A stretch of DNA of 41,723 nt from the IMG/VR virus record IMGVR_UViG_3300021560_000028, positions 1 through 41,723 of that record, one strand, 5' to 3'. Positions 8,454-19,600 of the stretch are shown here, in pieces. The notes below the pieces were generated by a model, which was not told the origin of the DNA, ran no database searches, and saw only the letters and a program-made list of their open reading frames with translations. Every line of letters starts with the position of its first letter. Within the stretch, counting starts at the first letter, position 1. The stretch comes from a virus (Duplodnaviria > Caudoviricetes). A program made the position numbers and the translations under genes.

Positions 8454-9226
8454 GCCGCATTCCACGTTTCGGGACCGACCATGCCGTCATAGCTCAGTCC
8501 CTTCTCTGACTGGAACTGACGGCAGACGTTCTCGGACTGCGGCCCGTAATGACAGTCTACACTGATCGTCCATCCGCGCGACGACATCTGGGCCTGCCAT
8601 ACCTGAACGTCCGAGCAGTTGTAGTTGTGGCCGTTGGCCGGGCCGAAGTAGTCGACATGAAGCGTCGGAACCGAACCGCCTCCACCGCCTCCACCTCCCG
8701 ACGGTGGTGGAGTTCCGCCCCGAGCCAGATCCAGGACGTAGTCCATGGGGAATCCGTTCCCGCAGTCGGAGTGGTTTCCGCCCCAGGTTCCGAGGTCTCG
8801 GTGCTGACAGACTCCACGACCACTCCCCTGTGCCTGCGAAGCGGTGAGCTTCGTGATCGGAATGTTGAACTTGGCTGCTTCTTCCCTGACCCAGTCGGCC
8901 GCGTTCAGGAGCATGTTGTTGTGCGAGTTCCGCCAGGTCGAGTCCGACCAGGACGCGAACCCGCACAGCTCGGCGGCGACCGACACCGGGTTAGCGTTCC
9001 CCTGCGTCCACGCCTTGTTCCCGCGCGAGACGTACTCGCCGCACTTGCCGCGCTTGTCATCGATGCCGACGTGAGAAGAGACTCCTGAGCTGCTGCTGGC
9101 GAAGTAGTTCCCCAGGGACTCGTACGTCGTTGCCCCTTCGGCCGTGTGGAGTACGATCAGGCGTACCGAGGAACCGCCCCGGCTGCTGTAGTTGGGGCTA
9201 GGAATCCAAACCCTTGTGAGTGTCAT
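8432..9226 (-). CDS. Endolysin: N-acetylmuramoyl-L-alanine amidase (Amidase_2) plus Gly linker and peptidoglycan-binding domain
   Basis: IVLHTAEG, SSHVGID, AELCG, HRDL...HSDCG; C-terminal FQSEKGLSYDGMVGPETW. Confidence 0.9.
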   Translation of the reverse strand: MTLTRVWIPSPNYSSRGGSSVRLIVLHTAEGATTYESLGNYFASSSSGVSSHVGIDDKRGKCGEYVSRGNKAWTQGNANPVSVAAELCGFASWSDSTWRNSHNNMLLNAADWVREEAAKFNIPITKLTASQAQGSGRGVCQHRDLGTWGGNHSDCGNGFPMDYVLDLARGGTPPPSGGGGGGGGSVPTLHVDYFGPANGHNYNCSDVQVWQAQMSSRGWTISVDCHYGPQSENVCRQFQSEKGLSYDGMVGPETWNAAWTAPVT

Positions 9227-9409
9227 CTACTGCTCCTCCGCACCTCTGGTAAGCTGAGCCAGATCTGACTCTGGCCTTTCGTCGTCTCCTGGGTTCGCCC
9301 AGAACTCGTGCCCCTCTTCGGCAGGCTCGACTACCGGAGTGACCTGCCGGAGATGCGGCGCTAGTGGATCGCGCGGTGCCTCATCCTCGCGCTTCTCCTC
9401 ATAATCCAT
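9227..9409 (-). CDS. Small acidic hypothetical protein
   Basis: Purine-rich SD; abuts the endolysin start. Confidence 0.55.
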   Translation of the reverse strand: MDYEEKREDEAPRDPLAPHLRQVTPVVEPAEEGHEFWANPGDDERPESDLAQLTRGAEEQ

Positions 9410-9552
9410 CTTCTCTTCCCTTTCCTCACACAGGGCGGTACCCTGAGGTTTCTCTCGTAAGCATTAATCTTGATCTCATCATATATCGCAGTAGCTACGA
9501 TAATCCCGACGGCAACCAGGCCGCCGTAGAAGATGGAGTCAAGACTAAACAC
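9361..9552 (-). CDS. Small membrane protein
   Basis: N-terminal hydrophobic helix; GTG overlaps the upstream stop. Confidence 0.45.
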   Translation of the reverse strand: MFSLDSIFYGGLVAVGIIVATAIYDEIKINAYERNLRVPPCVRKGKRRWIMRRSARMRHRAIH

Positions 9553-10516
9553 TCACCTGCTGCTTTTCATATACGAAGCCGAGACCGGTAGCGATTGGAG
9601 ACCCCGTTATTGACGCCCATCCAATCTGTAGCGCCATGCTTCCGCCCTGACCTATGTTGATGTATCCGGCTGCGAATGTCTGGGACTGAGTCTTCGTACT
9701 TTGCGCAGTACCAGGCGTGTTGACTGATCGGGACTGCACCATAGTACTAAGGAGCATCGCCGAGCCGTCAGGGAATATCATGAAATCCATATCACAAAGC
9801 CAGTTGAATCCCGCGCCAGCAGGAATACCTCCACTGTCCCCGACCGCCGTAATCGTGTTGCCTTGGTAGGCGAGCTGCCAGTTCATCTGTACGGCGGTAC
9901 CTGTCGCCTGCGTACCGTTCCCAGCAACCCTGAACCTATGGACTACCGCGCCAGCTGCCGCATCGAGAGGCGGAACGTATACTGACTGGTGTACACTGTA
10001 GTAGTTCGTGCTGTTCGCTATGTGAGAGCCTATGTTCGCGATCTTCCGGGGCGTTCGCTGAGTATACAACCTTGCGTCGTACATTGTGTCAAGTACGCCG
10101 GTCGAGTGTGCTGTCCACTGCGATATCGGGATCTGGAAAATTCCGGTCGAGTTCTGAGTGAGAGTCGGTGGCACCGGAGTAGCTGCTGCAGTGCCCTTAA
10201 CGACAATCGGCTGAATGACGGCCGGTGAAGACGTCGCGGCGCGGTTCAGCTGGAGGACAAGATAGTCAATCCGGTCCTGGGATTCAGCAGCTGGAATAGG
10301 CGTCGATACGCTCGCATCCGCTCGCCACAACATGCCCTTGATGAGACAGTCACCGGCGCTCATGACGGCATTACGCCCGGCAGTATCGAGGGACGGCACG
10401 AAGCTGTTGCTGGTATCAACACCGTCATAAATATTCGCAGCCGAACAGAATGTCTCCCACTCAGACGTAGTCGTCATCTGCGTAAAGGCACTAGGACGAG
10501 CATCATACGTAGTCAT
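9545..10516 (-). CDS. Minor tail / receptor-binding protein (paralog B)
   Basis: N-terminus MTTYDARPSAFTQ...RID.LVLQL typical of actinophage minor tail proteins. GGAG SD. Confidence 0.75.
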   Translation of the reverse strand: MTTYDARPSAFTQMTTTSEWETFCSAANIYDGVDTSNSFVPSLDTAGRNAVMSAGDCLIKGMLWRADASVSTPIPAAESQDRIDYLVLQLNRAATSSPAVIQPIVVKGTAAATPVPPTLTQNSTGIFQIPISQWTAHSTGVLDTMYDARLYTQRTPRKIANIGSHIANSTNYYSVHQSVYVPPLDAAAGAVVHRFRVAGNGTQATGTAVQMNWQLAYQGNTITAVGDSGGIPAGAGFNWLCDMDFMIFPDGSAMLLSTMVQSRSVNTPGTAQSTKTQSQTFAAGYINIGQGGSMALQIGWASITGSPIATGLGFVYEKQQVSV

Positions 10517-10523
10517 GTCACTC

Positions 10524-11465
10524 CTAAAAATCCAGCGCAAACAGGACACTGAAAACTATGATTGGATTCGCTGAAATAGTCACACCCTGAACCGAGAGGT
10601 TCCCGGCTGTATCAAGCTGAACGTATGGACTAGTAGCTCCGCTCACACCAGCCGTTGCGCCACATGCTTGCATCTGATTGCTCGTCGGCCGGTAGTTGAT
10701 TGGGAGTACGCCAAAGATCGCATTGGTCGGAGCTGCTGCCTGGCGTAGCTCGCCATTAAGCTCTAGGCTGCCATTCCTCAAGCCGTAATGGTATGAAACC
10801 TGCGGCGCAGGCGCTGCAGCATTCGCCCAGCCATTGATCAGGTTGACCTGCTTCCATGGATCGATCGGGTTCGCGCCTGGTCCTAGGAACACCCACTTAG
10901 CGCTGCCAGGATACCAGACATAGACGTTACCAGTATCCGTCTCGATTCCGAGACAGGTATTCGCCGGACTTGGGTGATACTTCGATGTCATGTTGATGAC
11001 GGTACGCCCAGAGAACTGCCTGATGTCCAGGAGAGTATCATACGTCGTGCCGCCGTGGTGCGCGGTATACTGGCAAATAGGAATCTGCCATAGACCAGTC
11101 GGGGTCTGAGAAAGAGCGGGAGGCACAGGCGTCGCAGCAGCGACACCTTGTTGAATGTACGGCGATACTACGGTCGGTGATGTCGACGCGGTACGGGAAA
11201 GCTGGAGAGTGAGGATGTCTATCCGGTCATACGTCGGGTCAGTAGCCGGCATTGTATAGGACACATTCGCATCCGCACGCCAGAGCTGTCCTTTGATCTG
11301 ACAAGAACCGGCCGAGATGGTAAGTGTAGTGCCGCTAATTGACGGCACAAAGCTGTTGGGCCCGTCGATGCCATCCCAGACGCCAGCAGCAGACATGAAG
11401 TATTCCCACTCTGCCGTCGTAGTCAGCTGAGTGAAAGCACTCGGCCGTGCGTCGTATGTGCTCAT
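10524..11465 (-). CDS. Minor tail / receptor-binding protein (paralog A)
   Basis: N-terminus MSTYDARPSAFTQ; C-terminal LINGW...LPINYRP tail-fibre head-like motif. Confidence 0.75.
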   Translation of the reverse strand: MSTYDARPSAFTQLTTTAEWEYFMSAAGVWDGIDGPNSFVPSISGTTLTISAGSCQIKGQLWRADANVSYTMPATDPTYDRIDILTLQLSRTASTSPTVVSPYIQQGVAAATPVPPALSQTPTGLWQIPICQYTAHHGGTTYDTLLDIRQFSGRTVINMTSKYHPSPANTCLGIETDTGNVYVWYPGSAKWVFLGPGANPIDPWKQVNLINGWANAAAPAPQVSYHYGLRNGSLELNGELRQAAAPTNAIFGVLPINYRPTSNQMQACGATAGVSGATSPYVQLDTAGNLSVQGVTISANPIIVFSVLFALDF

Positions 11466-11466
11466 G

Positions 11467-14400
11467 TCATCTTCCCTTGGCCCGCATATTCTTCTCAAGT
11501 TTCTTGATACGCGCAGTAAGCTGATTGGTAAGGGTCTTGCCCGAGGACGTTGGATCAGTAGAGTTCCCTATTGTGGGGATAACATTCAGTATCGGACTTT
11601 GTGAAGGATCGGCAGTAAGCTGTACACTAGAAACAACATCAGTATACGATATGAGCGTCGGAGTCGTACGGACTTCGACAGTCACTATATCGCCTAGTAC
11701 ATAATCACGTCCATAAATACAGAACGGCGTATCGGAAGCGGTTACGCCCATGGTAGGCCCGAATGTACCGGAGAACAATTCATTTTGTGCCGTGGTAGTA
11801 AGAGTCTTAGCATCCGCATTCGAAGTGTCATCAACATACACCTCAGTCTTAGTCCATGGGGTGACGGCCGAATTAGTCTGTGACACGAACCTATTAACAC
11901 CTTGTACAAGAGCATCAGTACATGTTGGATCTGTCAAAGAGAAGTTGATGGATGTAAGGTTCCCGAGCTGTTCCGAGAAGTACGCAGTCTGCGACTTATC
12001 AACCGGCGTGAAGACGTCGAATGTAAGATTGGTGCCTGTTCTGGTAATCCTAAACCCCATACCTCCAGCAACATTCGTCGGGTAGGCTTGCGCGATAAGC
12101 GCGCGTATAACATCGAGCAGGCCAAGATCAACGCCCGACGTGAACTGAACACTATAGTTTACAGCCGGACCACGTCCCTGATCAGTAGCGATAACTAGTG
12201 ATGGATGTCTACGCGCAGACAATGCACCAGGTCCAGCATTCACCGAAACATAATGCTTGATAGCTGTCTCAAGCGGGACATTGACAACTATATCCTTATT
12301 CGATGGACGCTGATGTGCCCAGTCGCTAGTAGGATCTGGATAGCATATCCGGTTTGCGAGTATCTGAAGATAGTCACCACCGGTCAGCATTATAAATGGA
12401 CCGGAGTAACTACCTGATGGCCCAGATCCCGCGCCGGTCGAGCCAGGCATCGAATCGACGTACCCTGGCTGTTCACATTTGCCACCAAATTCAAACATGT
12501 TGCGCCAGTTAACTCTGACGATGAAGTCACCGCCGGTAGCGATTTTCCACAACCAGTCCGAGTACGGCGCTAGGATAGTCCATGTTCCAACCGCATTGTA
12601 GTAGAGCGTCGCGGTGACAGTCGCGAACTGGATCATACCTTGACTAACGAAGTTGGTGTTAAGTACATCGACCCATACCGTTTGATCAGGTGGCGCAGGC
12701 ACGCTCGTGAAAAGCTTAACTGAACAATTGTCAAAATAATATCCCCAGTTAGTCGGCATACCATTTGACATCACGTTAAACGATAGGTTCTGCGATATCG
12801 TTCCGGCGAGGGTGCCAGACATAGCCAAGTTATCTATAGCAGTCCATAGGCCATTAGGCGACGGTACCGATCCTATAACCGCGACCGTCGCGGATATAAG
12901 TACAGGAGCCCACGAATTAGAAACGCTCACTTTCATATCAACAGTATTAGAAGTAACACTGCCGCCAGGAGCCGTAGCGAGAAGCGAGTATAGTCCCTGC
13001 ATACCGTACGCAGACGCATACCCCTCAAAGTACGTAGTACAGGTAACCGAAATTGTATCGCTCGCACCAAGCGCCTTCGGGCTCAGGCAAGCGAATACGA
13101 ACTGCGACACGACATTGCCAGGAGCCGTATTTGACATCACGAGGGTATAAGCATTGCCCTGAGTATCGGTAACTGAGAATGAACCTGATGTAGCAACATT
13201 AGTCGACACGATATTAACTAGTGAAGAATCACCAGACGGTATAGTACCATACCCACTTACAATGGGCATATTCGAGAATGCATCAATACCGACATAGTAA
13301 GCAGATGAAGCCGCATTCTTCGTTCCGGTTACCGTAATGACTATCGTATGGCTACCTCTAGCCAGAACTGGAGATTCCCATACAATGAAGTTATTATGTA
13401 GAGTTGATGAATACGTATCAATAAGGACAGCAGTTCCGCCATCAATTGATATAGATCCTATACCTCTGTTCGTATCGACAGAGAACTGAACGTACAGACT
13501 ACCGCTCATAGGCATGTTGAAGTTAAGCGTAGCATAATTCCCCGTGATATTCGAGAAGTGCTGCGTACCACCATACCACGTCGCAGGCGGTGTCAAGTTC
13601 TGGCCGTTCTGAGTGTTGCCCCAATTACCAGTATAAACTATTGCAGCATTGAAGTCATCATATATCCAGTCCGGATTGATTACCATCGTACCGGTACGAT
13701 CAGCATAATACGCTACACCTAGTCCAGCATATACGCCCGCGTATCCACCAGTTCCCCCGGAACCGCTGCCTGGATTAAGGTGGGTGAACCCAACCGGAAC
13801 TACCTCAGCTTCAGTATCATTACCGCCTATCCATAGGACTGCGTGATTGCCAGTCCCTATGGTGACATTCGGGACCGTAGGCGTAGCACTCGTACCGGTA
13901 TCATCATATACCGTAGCTGTAGCCGTTAGGCCGATCATTGAAAAGACTTCAGACCAGCCATTAATCGCATACCCGGATGTGATAGTATACCAGTCATTGA
14001 TGGCGAACGTAACAGCAGCATTCGACTGCATCAGGAATACGCGCTGCCCAGTCGGAAGCGCAATGAATGCTATCTGTGAATACGCATTCCCGTGATTATC
14101 GGCAATGACTGGTGAACCACTTACCGCGCCGGAAGTACACACCATGATGTATACGTACCGGCTAGCAACTGCCTGCTGAATATTGAAATGCCCGGTAACG
14201 ACTACAGTCGTAGCACTAAACGTCATGGCACACCATGCAGCTGAACCGGAAGGTAGGGTCGCTGTCGTCGCGACACTGCCTGAACCAGTATTCGTCTGGA
14301 ACCCGACTGTGACTAGGCCAACACCCTGTCCTTGCGTATTACTCACAAAAGTTGTATTTGATCCAAATGCCGGAGTTCCGCCAGCACCACCGCTGTATAT

Positions 14401-15708
14401 AAAAGTCAAAACAGTCTGAGCGATAGAAGGTAGTGCTCCGGTAGCAGTCGATATCGAAGCACTTGTAGCATGCTCACTATCCCGCAACGTCACCATCGCA
14501 GTCAGATTATAAACATAAGTGATTGAGAAATTACATGGGGTTGCAGCATTCGGCGTTACCGTAACAGTACTTGTTCCACTAATCAATGCCTTTGACGGCT
14601 GGTTAGCCTGGAATACAAGCAGCGGAACATTAGTATAGCCATCAAGATTTAGTGATCCAACCTGCGTGTAAACATTCCCTGCACTATCAGTTACAGTAGC
14701 AGATGAAGCGCCGAATCCTCCCATCGCAACGGCGACGAAGATGCCGCAATTAGCGAGCGAACCACCGCCGGTAACAGTACACGTATGCGAAGTAGCGGAC
14801 GCGCCAGTGTAAGTGCCTATATTAACACCCTGCGGAATCTCGGCAAACTGGTTGTAAGTATTGATATAATTGATCGATGGCGCAGGTGATGCCCCATAGG
14901 CATACGGAATCGTGTGAAGCTCAACGCCCCAGTCAACCGACTTCGTATGCGTCGAAGTAAACGTAGCCGACGCGGGATTAGGTATCGTCTGATTATGTCC
15001 GAAATTAGTATCAGTATATGTAAAGCCGTTCGCCTGAAATACCGCGAGCGATGAGGCAACTGCTACCGAGGAACTGAGATTCGTTATGGCTTCAGCATTC
15101 CATGTTACTGCGAATCGAGTCTCAAGACCGAACCATGCCTTGCCCGGCGAACCGCCTGGTATCGCAAGATTGTTCATAGAGGAAGTGTCGTCAGGCACTG
15201 CCTCGGTAGGTGAATAGAATATGTCAATCTTCGCGTATCCCTTTGATGGATCAGGGAAGACGGTGAAGTTGATCATGACCCATTTGTTCAGCGGAACCGG
15301 TTTGTTGCTGGTAACTAGTCCGACGCTAGAGTTGTTGACTATCTGTAGGTAACCGTTAGTCTGAAGAACAAGATCAGCTATAGCTGCGCTCGCAGATGTC
15401 TGCATCCTAGCAATGATAACGTTACGCGGCGGGTATGACTGAAAATTAGCTATTTGTGAGTAGGCCTGCCCACTCGACGGTAGTACATTCCAGCCGCCCA
15501 TCCCGACGTCATTGCCAAATGTATAGGTTTGCCCCCAAGCATTACAGCCCTGACCGGCATACCCAAAAATGCTGAAATAAGCATTAGCATAAGAATTCGT
15601 TACATTGTTGAAGGTCGTGTGAGTAGTATCAATAACATTACCAGGAGTACCACCCTCGAAGTACTCGTCCGCAAAGTCCGGGTTAATGAGAAACTGGTCA
15701 ACGCTCAT
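11467..15708 (-). CDS. Large minor tail protein: about 1000 aa of beta-rich/carbohydrate-binding-like domains plus a C-terminal siphovirus Gp37-like hub domain
   Basis: Follows Dit. The C-terminal ~400 aa has YNAVGTWT...YGRDYVLGDIVTV; the N-terminal part has TD..GN.Y repeats and a galactose-binding-like module. Confidence 0.75.
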   Translation of the reverse strand: MSVDQFLINPDFADEYFEGGTPGNVIDTTHTTFNNVTNSYANAYFSIFGYAGQGCNAWGQTYTFGNDVGMGGWNVLPSSGQAYSQIANFQSYPPRNVIIARMQTSASAAIADLVLQTNGYLQIVNNSSVGLVTSNKPVPLNKWVMINFTVFPDPSKGYAKIDIFYSPTEAVPDDTSSMNNLAIPGGSPGKAWFGLETRFAVTWNAEAITNLSSSVAVASSLAVFQANGFTYTDTNFGHNQTIPNPASATFTSTHTKSVDWGVELHTIPYAYGASPAPSINYINTYNQFAEIPQGVNIGTYTGASATSHTCTVTGGGSLANCGIFVAVAMGGFGASSATVTDSAGNVYTQVGSLNLDGYTNVPLLVFQANQPSKALISGTSTVTVTPNAATPCNFSITYVYNLTAMVTLRDSEHATSASISTATGALPSIAQTVLTFIYSGGAGGTPAFGSNTTFVSNTQGQGVGLVTVGFQTNTGSGSVATTATLPSGSAAWCAMTFSATTVVVTGHFNIQQAVASRYVYIMVCTSGAVSGSPVIADNHGNAYSQIAFIALPTGQRVFLMQSNAAVTFAINDWYTITSGYAINGWSEVFSMIGLTATATVYDDTGTSATPTVPNVTIGTGNHAVLWIGGNDTEAEVVPVGFTHLNPGSGSGGTGGYAGVYAGLGVAYYADRTGTMVINPDWIYDDFNAAIVYTGNWGNTQNGQNLTPPATWYGGTQHFSNITGNYATLNFNMPMSGSLYVQFSVDTNRGIGSISIDGGTAVLIDTYSSTLHNNFIVWESPVLARGSHTIVITVTGTKNAASSAYYVGIDAFSNMPIVSGYGTIPSGDSSLVNIVSTNVATSGSFSVTDTQGNAYTLVMSNTAPGNVVSQFVFACLSPKALGASDTISVTCTTYFEGYASAYGMQGLYSLLATAPGGSVTSNTVDMKVSVSNSWAPVLISATVAVIGSVPSPNGLWTAIDNLAMSGTLAGTISQNLSFNVMSNGMPTNWGYYFDNCSVKLFTSVPAPPDQTVWVDVLNTNFVSQGMIQFATVTATLYYNAVGTWTILAPYSDWLWKIATGGDFIVRVNWRNMFEFGGKCEQPGYVDSMPGSTGAGSGPSGSYSGPFIMLTGGDYLQILANRICYPDPTSDWAHQRPSNKDIVVNVPLETAIKHYVSVNAGPGALSARRHPSLVIATDQGRGPAVNYSVQFTSGVDLGLLDVIRALIAQAYPTNVAGGMGFRITRTGTNLTFDVFTPVDKSQTAYFSEQLGNLTSINFSLTDPTCTDALVQGVNRFVSQTNSAVTPWTKTEVYVDDTSNADAKTLTTTAQNELFSGTFGPTMGVTASDTPFCIYGRDYVLGDIVTVEVRTTPTLISYTDVVSSVQLTADPSQSPILNVIPTIGNSTDPTSSGKTLTNQLTARIKKLEKNMRAKGR

Positions 15709-16613
15709 GCTCGGTTCCATTGATTAAAGTAGCTCATGTTCACCTTCGATGCCGAAGTTGATCCTGGCATAGTTACGCTAATAACGTTCCGGCCGCCTAC
15801 AAGCGGCCACAAGTTACGTGGCGTATTCATGACTAGCTGACCCCAGACATTAGCTCCTGTCGTAATATTAACAGCCATTTGCTGTCCGCGTTGCGTCACA
15901 ACCTGAACTTGTTGTCCGGCTGGCACAGCGGTATTCAGAGCCCATGACAACCCTGTCGTCTGATTCGTTATCGTTGGAGTCCCCGGTCCTGTAATAGTCC
16001 AGGTAGGCCACGCAAGCGCGGTACCATTATTCGTAACAGTGTTGGTCCCAAAAACAGACGGACTGCTAAGCTGGACCGGCAACTCAGGAAGAATACCAGC
16101 ACCCGCAGCAGGCATCGAAAAATTGACCTGAGTAGCAGAAAGATCACTCCAGAACGGATTCGGCGTTTGAAGAGCAAGCGTATACAGCATCGTATTGTTC
16201 TTGCCAACATCAGGATTATCGAGTCCGGTCAGTGTAAATACGTTGATCTGCCGAGTCGGGCCGTTCGGAGGGAACCGCTGAATTATAAGCGTGCCCGGAG
16301 TCGGTACCTCGTTACGACGACATATGAACGCACGTACAAAATTGTCAAGTAGCGTGTAGTAGTCGTGCTCATCGTCTGATGAAGGACGAGCTAGCAGAAT
16401 GGCTAGACCAACAGTACCAGGCTGAGGTAGATATGTGATCGGAATAGCCGTACCGTCAAGCATCGGAAGTGTTTGCATCATGACAGGGAAGCCGTCGATA
16501 CCGGAGATAGCCGAGCAGCAATACCCATTCGCCATCGTGTAGTCGGAGAAGTTCCAGGTGTTCCCGTCTGGATCGACGTACGATATGTTTAGCGGTACCG
16601 GAGCTACTGACAC
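15705..16613 (-). CDS. Distal tail protein (Dit)
   Basis: Directly after the tape measure. PNPFW, TNNGTALAWPTWTITGP, WPLVGGRN motifs. Confidence 0.8.
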   Translation of the reverse strand: MSVAPVPLNISYVDPDGNTWNFSDYTMANGYCCSAISGIDGFPVMMQTLPMLDGTAIPITYLPQPGTVGLAILLARPSSDDEHDYYTLLDNFVRAFICRRNEVPTPGTLIIQRFPPNGPTRQINVFTLTGLDNPDVGKNNTMLYTLALQTPNPFWSDLSATQVNFSMPAAGAGILPELPVQLSSPSVFGTNTVTNNGTALAWPTWTITGPGTPTITNQTTGLSWALNTAVPAGQQVQVVTQRGQQMAVNITTGANVWGQLVMNTPRNLWPLVGGRNVISVTMPGSTSASKVNMSYFNQWNRA

Positions 16614-19600
16614 TATGACCGCCTCCCCTGTCTTTGTAGAGCGCCGTTCCTCATCTCCATAAGCTTAAATGCCGTCTGAACATGACCCTCGATAACTGCG
16701 CCGGTCAGTCCGTCGAAGTGAGCGTGATACTGCGTACCACCCATACGATCAAGCTGATCCTGGGTGAATATAGCTTCTGGCTTACCGGTACGGTTCACTG
16801 CCATCGTTACGCCCGGAGGTAGCCATCCCCCAAGGTCATACCCTGACCCACCGCCAAGCTGTCCTCTACCGGGGCCTATCCCGACGCCGCGAGTATGTAC
16901 CGCATAGTTAAGCGCAGCAGCAATATTCGCAAGCGGATCGTAGATGTCCCATGATGTACCGGGAACGTGGAACGCCGCGAACGTAGTGCCAGTAGTCTGC
17001 ATAAGACCGCGCGACGGATTACCGGCCCTAGCATTAGAGTCCCATGTATTGACGATATTCGGATCGCCGCCCGACTCAGTTTGCATCTGACGTAGAACAA
17101 GATCTGTGTATGCCGAGGGGAGATGCGTTATAGCAAGCGCCTTCAACACAGTATTGCGCCACTGCTCTACGCCCGCGCCGACCTTGCCAGCTGACTTCCC
17201 GGTTATGAAGTTCCAGAAGCCGCCAAGAATATTAGCAGCCGCACCGAGACCGCCCTTCAGTGCCTTCTGCCCCCATCCTAGGGCGCTGCCAATAGCATTC
17301 ATGGCCGCCTTTGGGAGACCCTTTTCAGATAGCAAGCCCTTAGACACATACGATAGAATCGCATGTGGCCACGACCCGAAGATCTGCGCGATGAAGTGGC
17401 CGATCTTCTTGCCTTCGCCCATCATGCCGTGTATGATACCGGTGATAAGATTCGCGCCAATAGGATGCATCTTCTTCGCAGGCGACGAAATCCCGAACAC
17501 GCTCTTGATGCTTGTGAGGATTGGCATATAGACATTGTCATGGAACCACTGGTTGACGCTACTAGCACCCTTGAAGAAGTCAGATACGCCAGCAAGCAAT
17601 CCATTGACGATATCCTTGCCGGCACCAGTAAGCCAGGTCACAGCATTCGAGAACCAGTTACTGAAGTTCTGCGGTATCGTCTTGGTGAAGAAGTTCGAAA
17701 CAGTAGTCCAGGCCGTCTTGATGCCATTCCACATACCGGTTATGATATCAGAGCCGGTCTTCTCCAGCCAGTGAATCGCATCCCAGAACCAATTCGTAAA
17801 GTTCTGAGGTATCGTCTTGGTGAAGAATGGCACGATATCAGTATTCCAGATTGTGGTTACACCATTCCACAATCCAGTAATCAGGTCTTCGCCAGTTTTC
17901 TCAAGCCAGTGTATTGCGTCAAAGAACCAGTTATGGAAGTTCTGTGGAATAGTCTTTGTAAAGAACGGCTTCACATATCGGTTCCAGCCGTACGCTATCT
18001 TACCGCTCAATAGAGACATACCATGAACAGCAACGTTATAGGCCGTTTCGAACCCATGACCTATCATAACGCCTATGTTCGCAATATGTCCGGCCGCTGG
18101 CCCGAGCGCAAGCCACTTATTAAGTTCGCCAGGAACGCTAATGCCAGGCTTTACATTCGTTCCTGGATACGGAACCGCCGGACCAAGTATTGGCGCCTTG
18201 GCAGCTACCGGCCCAACGAACCCAGCAGGTACACCAGGTTGTCCTGGAGTCGTAGGCTGTACAATATTCCCAGATGTCAGGAAACTCATAGCTCCATGAA
18301 GTATGTCGTGAAGAACTCCACCACCAGGAATACCGCTAGCCGCTACATTAGACGGTACACTCGGGCCTATGAAGGTATGAGTCAGTACTGGACGAGCACC
18401 AGTTACCGGACCAACAAACGGAGTTGAGATCTTAGCAGGCGCACCAGCCGGAGGAGTGGACGTAGCCTTCATCAAACCATGCCACAAAGATGAACCTAGG
18501 TTGTTAAACCATTGATCAGACAGCGGTATCGCTCCACCAGCCCCGCCTCTACTTTGCGCAGCCTGCCCGGTCTTGACTACTCCATACCCGGGAATCAGCG
18601 TCCACTTGAGTATCGCCTCAAGCAATGGATGCTTCTCAATATACCCGGCAATTTTCGCTCCCCAGTTGACGATATCAATAGCAAGAACGACAGCCTTTGA
18701 TAGGAAGTTGATCATATCAGCAAACACTTGTGGATTTTTCGCAATCGTGTTCGCTAGATCATCAATTGCCTTAGCAAAGGATGCCATGTTACTAGCCAGA
18801 ACGGTAGTCATAGATTGTAGCATGAGCCCGAAAGCATTCGCCACATCAATGATCGCCTTCTGAACTCCAGGCTGCATAAGCGCCTTGATAAAGGCATCGG
18901 CAAATTGCTGGAACGCTGGAGCAATATCCTTCATAGCCTGAACGAAGGTCGGCGTCAGAGTCTTCATCAAGCTACCGGCGAAGTTGAGAATTTGAGTGAG
19001 AACCGGAACTAGGGGCGCTCCTGACTGCTTAAGGAATGACGAAAAATCCGCACCGAAATGAGCTTCAGGCTTAGCAAGCTTGCCACCCATCTGAGCGCCG
19101 ATAATCCCAAGGCCAAGGATACCGGTGCCCATAGTACCAATTATTATGCTACCAGCCGCCTGTAGGATAAACGGCAACACGGCGATGCCCGCAGCAACCA
19201 TAGCCGTAATAGCTGCAGGTGACGTGAGAAGTCCTGAGAGACCCATGCCAGCACTCTCGCCACCAGAGGCAACTTCCCCGGCTACTCCGCCAGCGCCACC
19301 GCCGCCACCGCCCCCGCCGAAGAACCCTGTGAATCTGTCAAAAAGACTCGAAAGGCTGCCAAAGATACCGGTACCCGCCGAGGTTGCGCCCGATAGGCTG
19401 TTCGCAGCATTCTCAAGACCCGATACATCCTTTGATATGGTAGAGAGTAGACCACCCTTCGTAGCGCCTTGTGGCCCAATCCCGCGCAGCTTATAGAGGA
19501 TGTCCAAAGCCTTTTGCGAGTCGTAGCTTATGTTGAGCGGCATGTCTTTGCCGGCTTCGAGCTTGAGCCTCTTCAGGTCAAGCATGATACGATCGATCTC

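Noticed and set aside
8677-8712. Poly-Gly GGN repeats in the endolysin and tape measure
   Set aside because: Ordinary flexible linkers with mixed codons.
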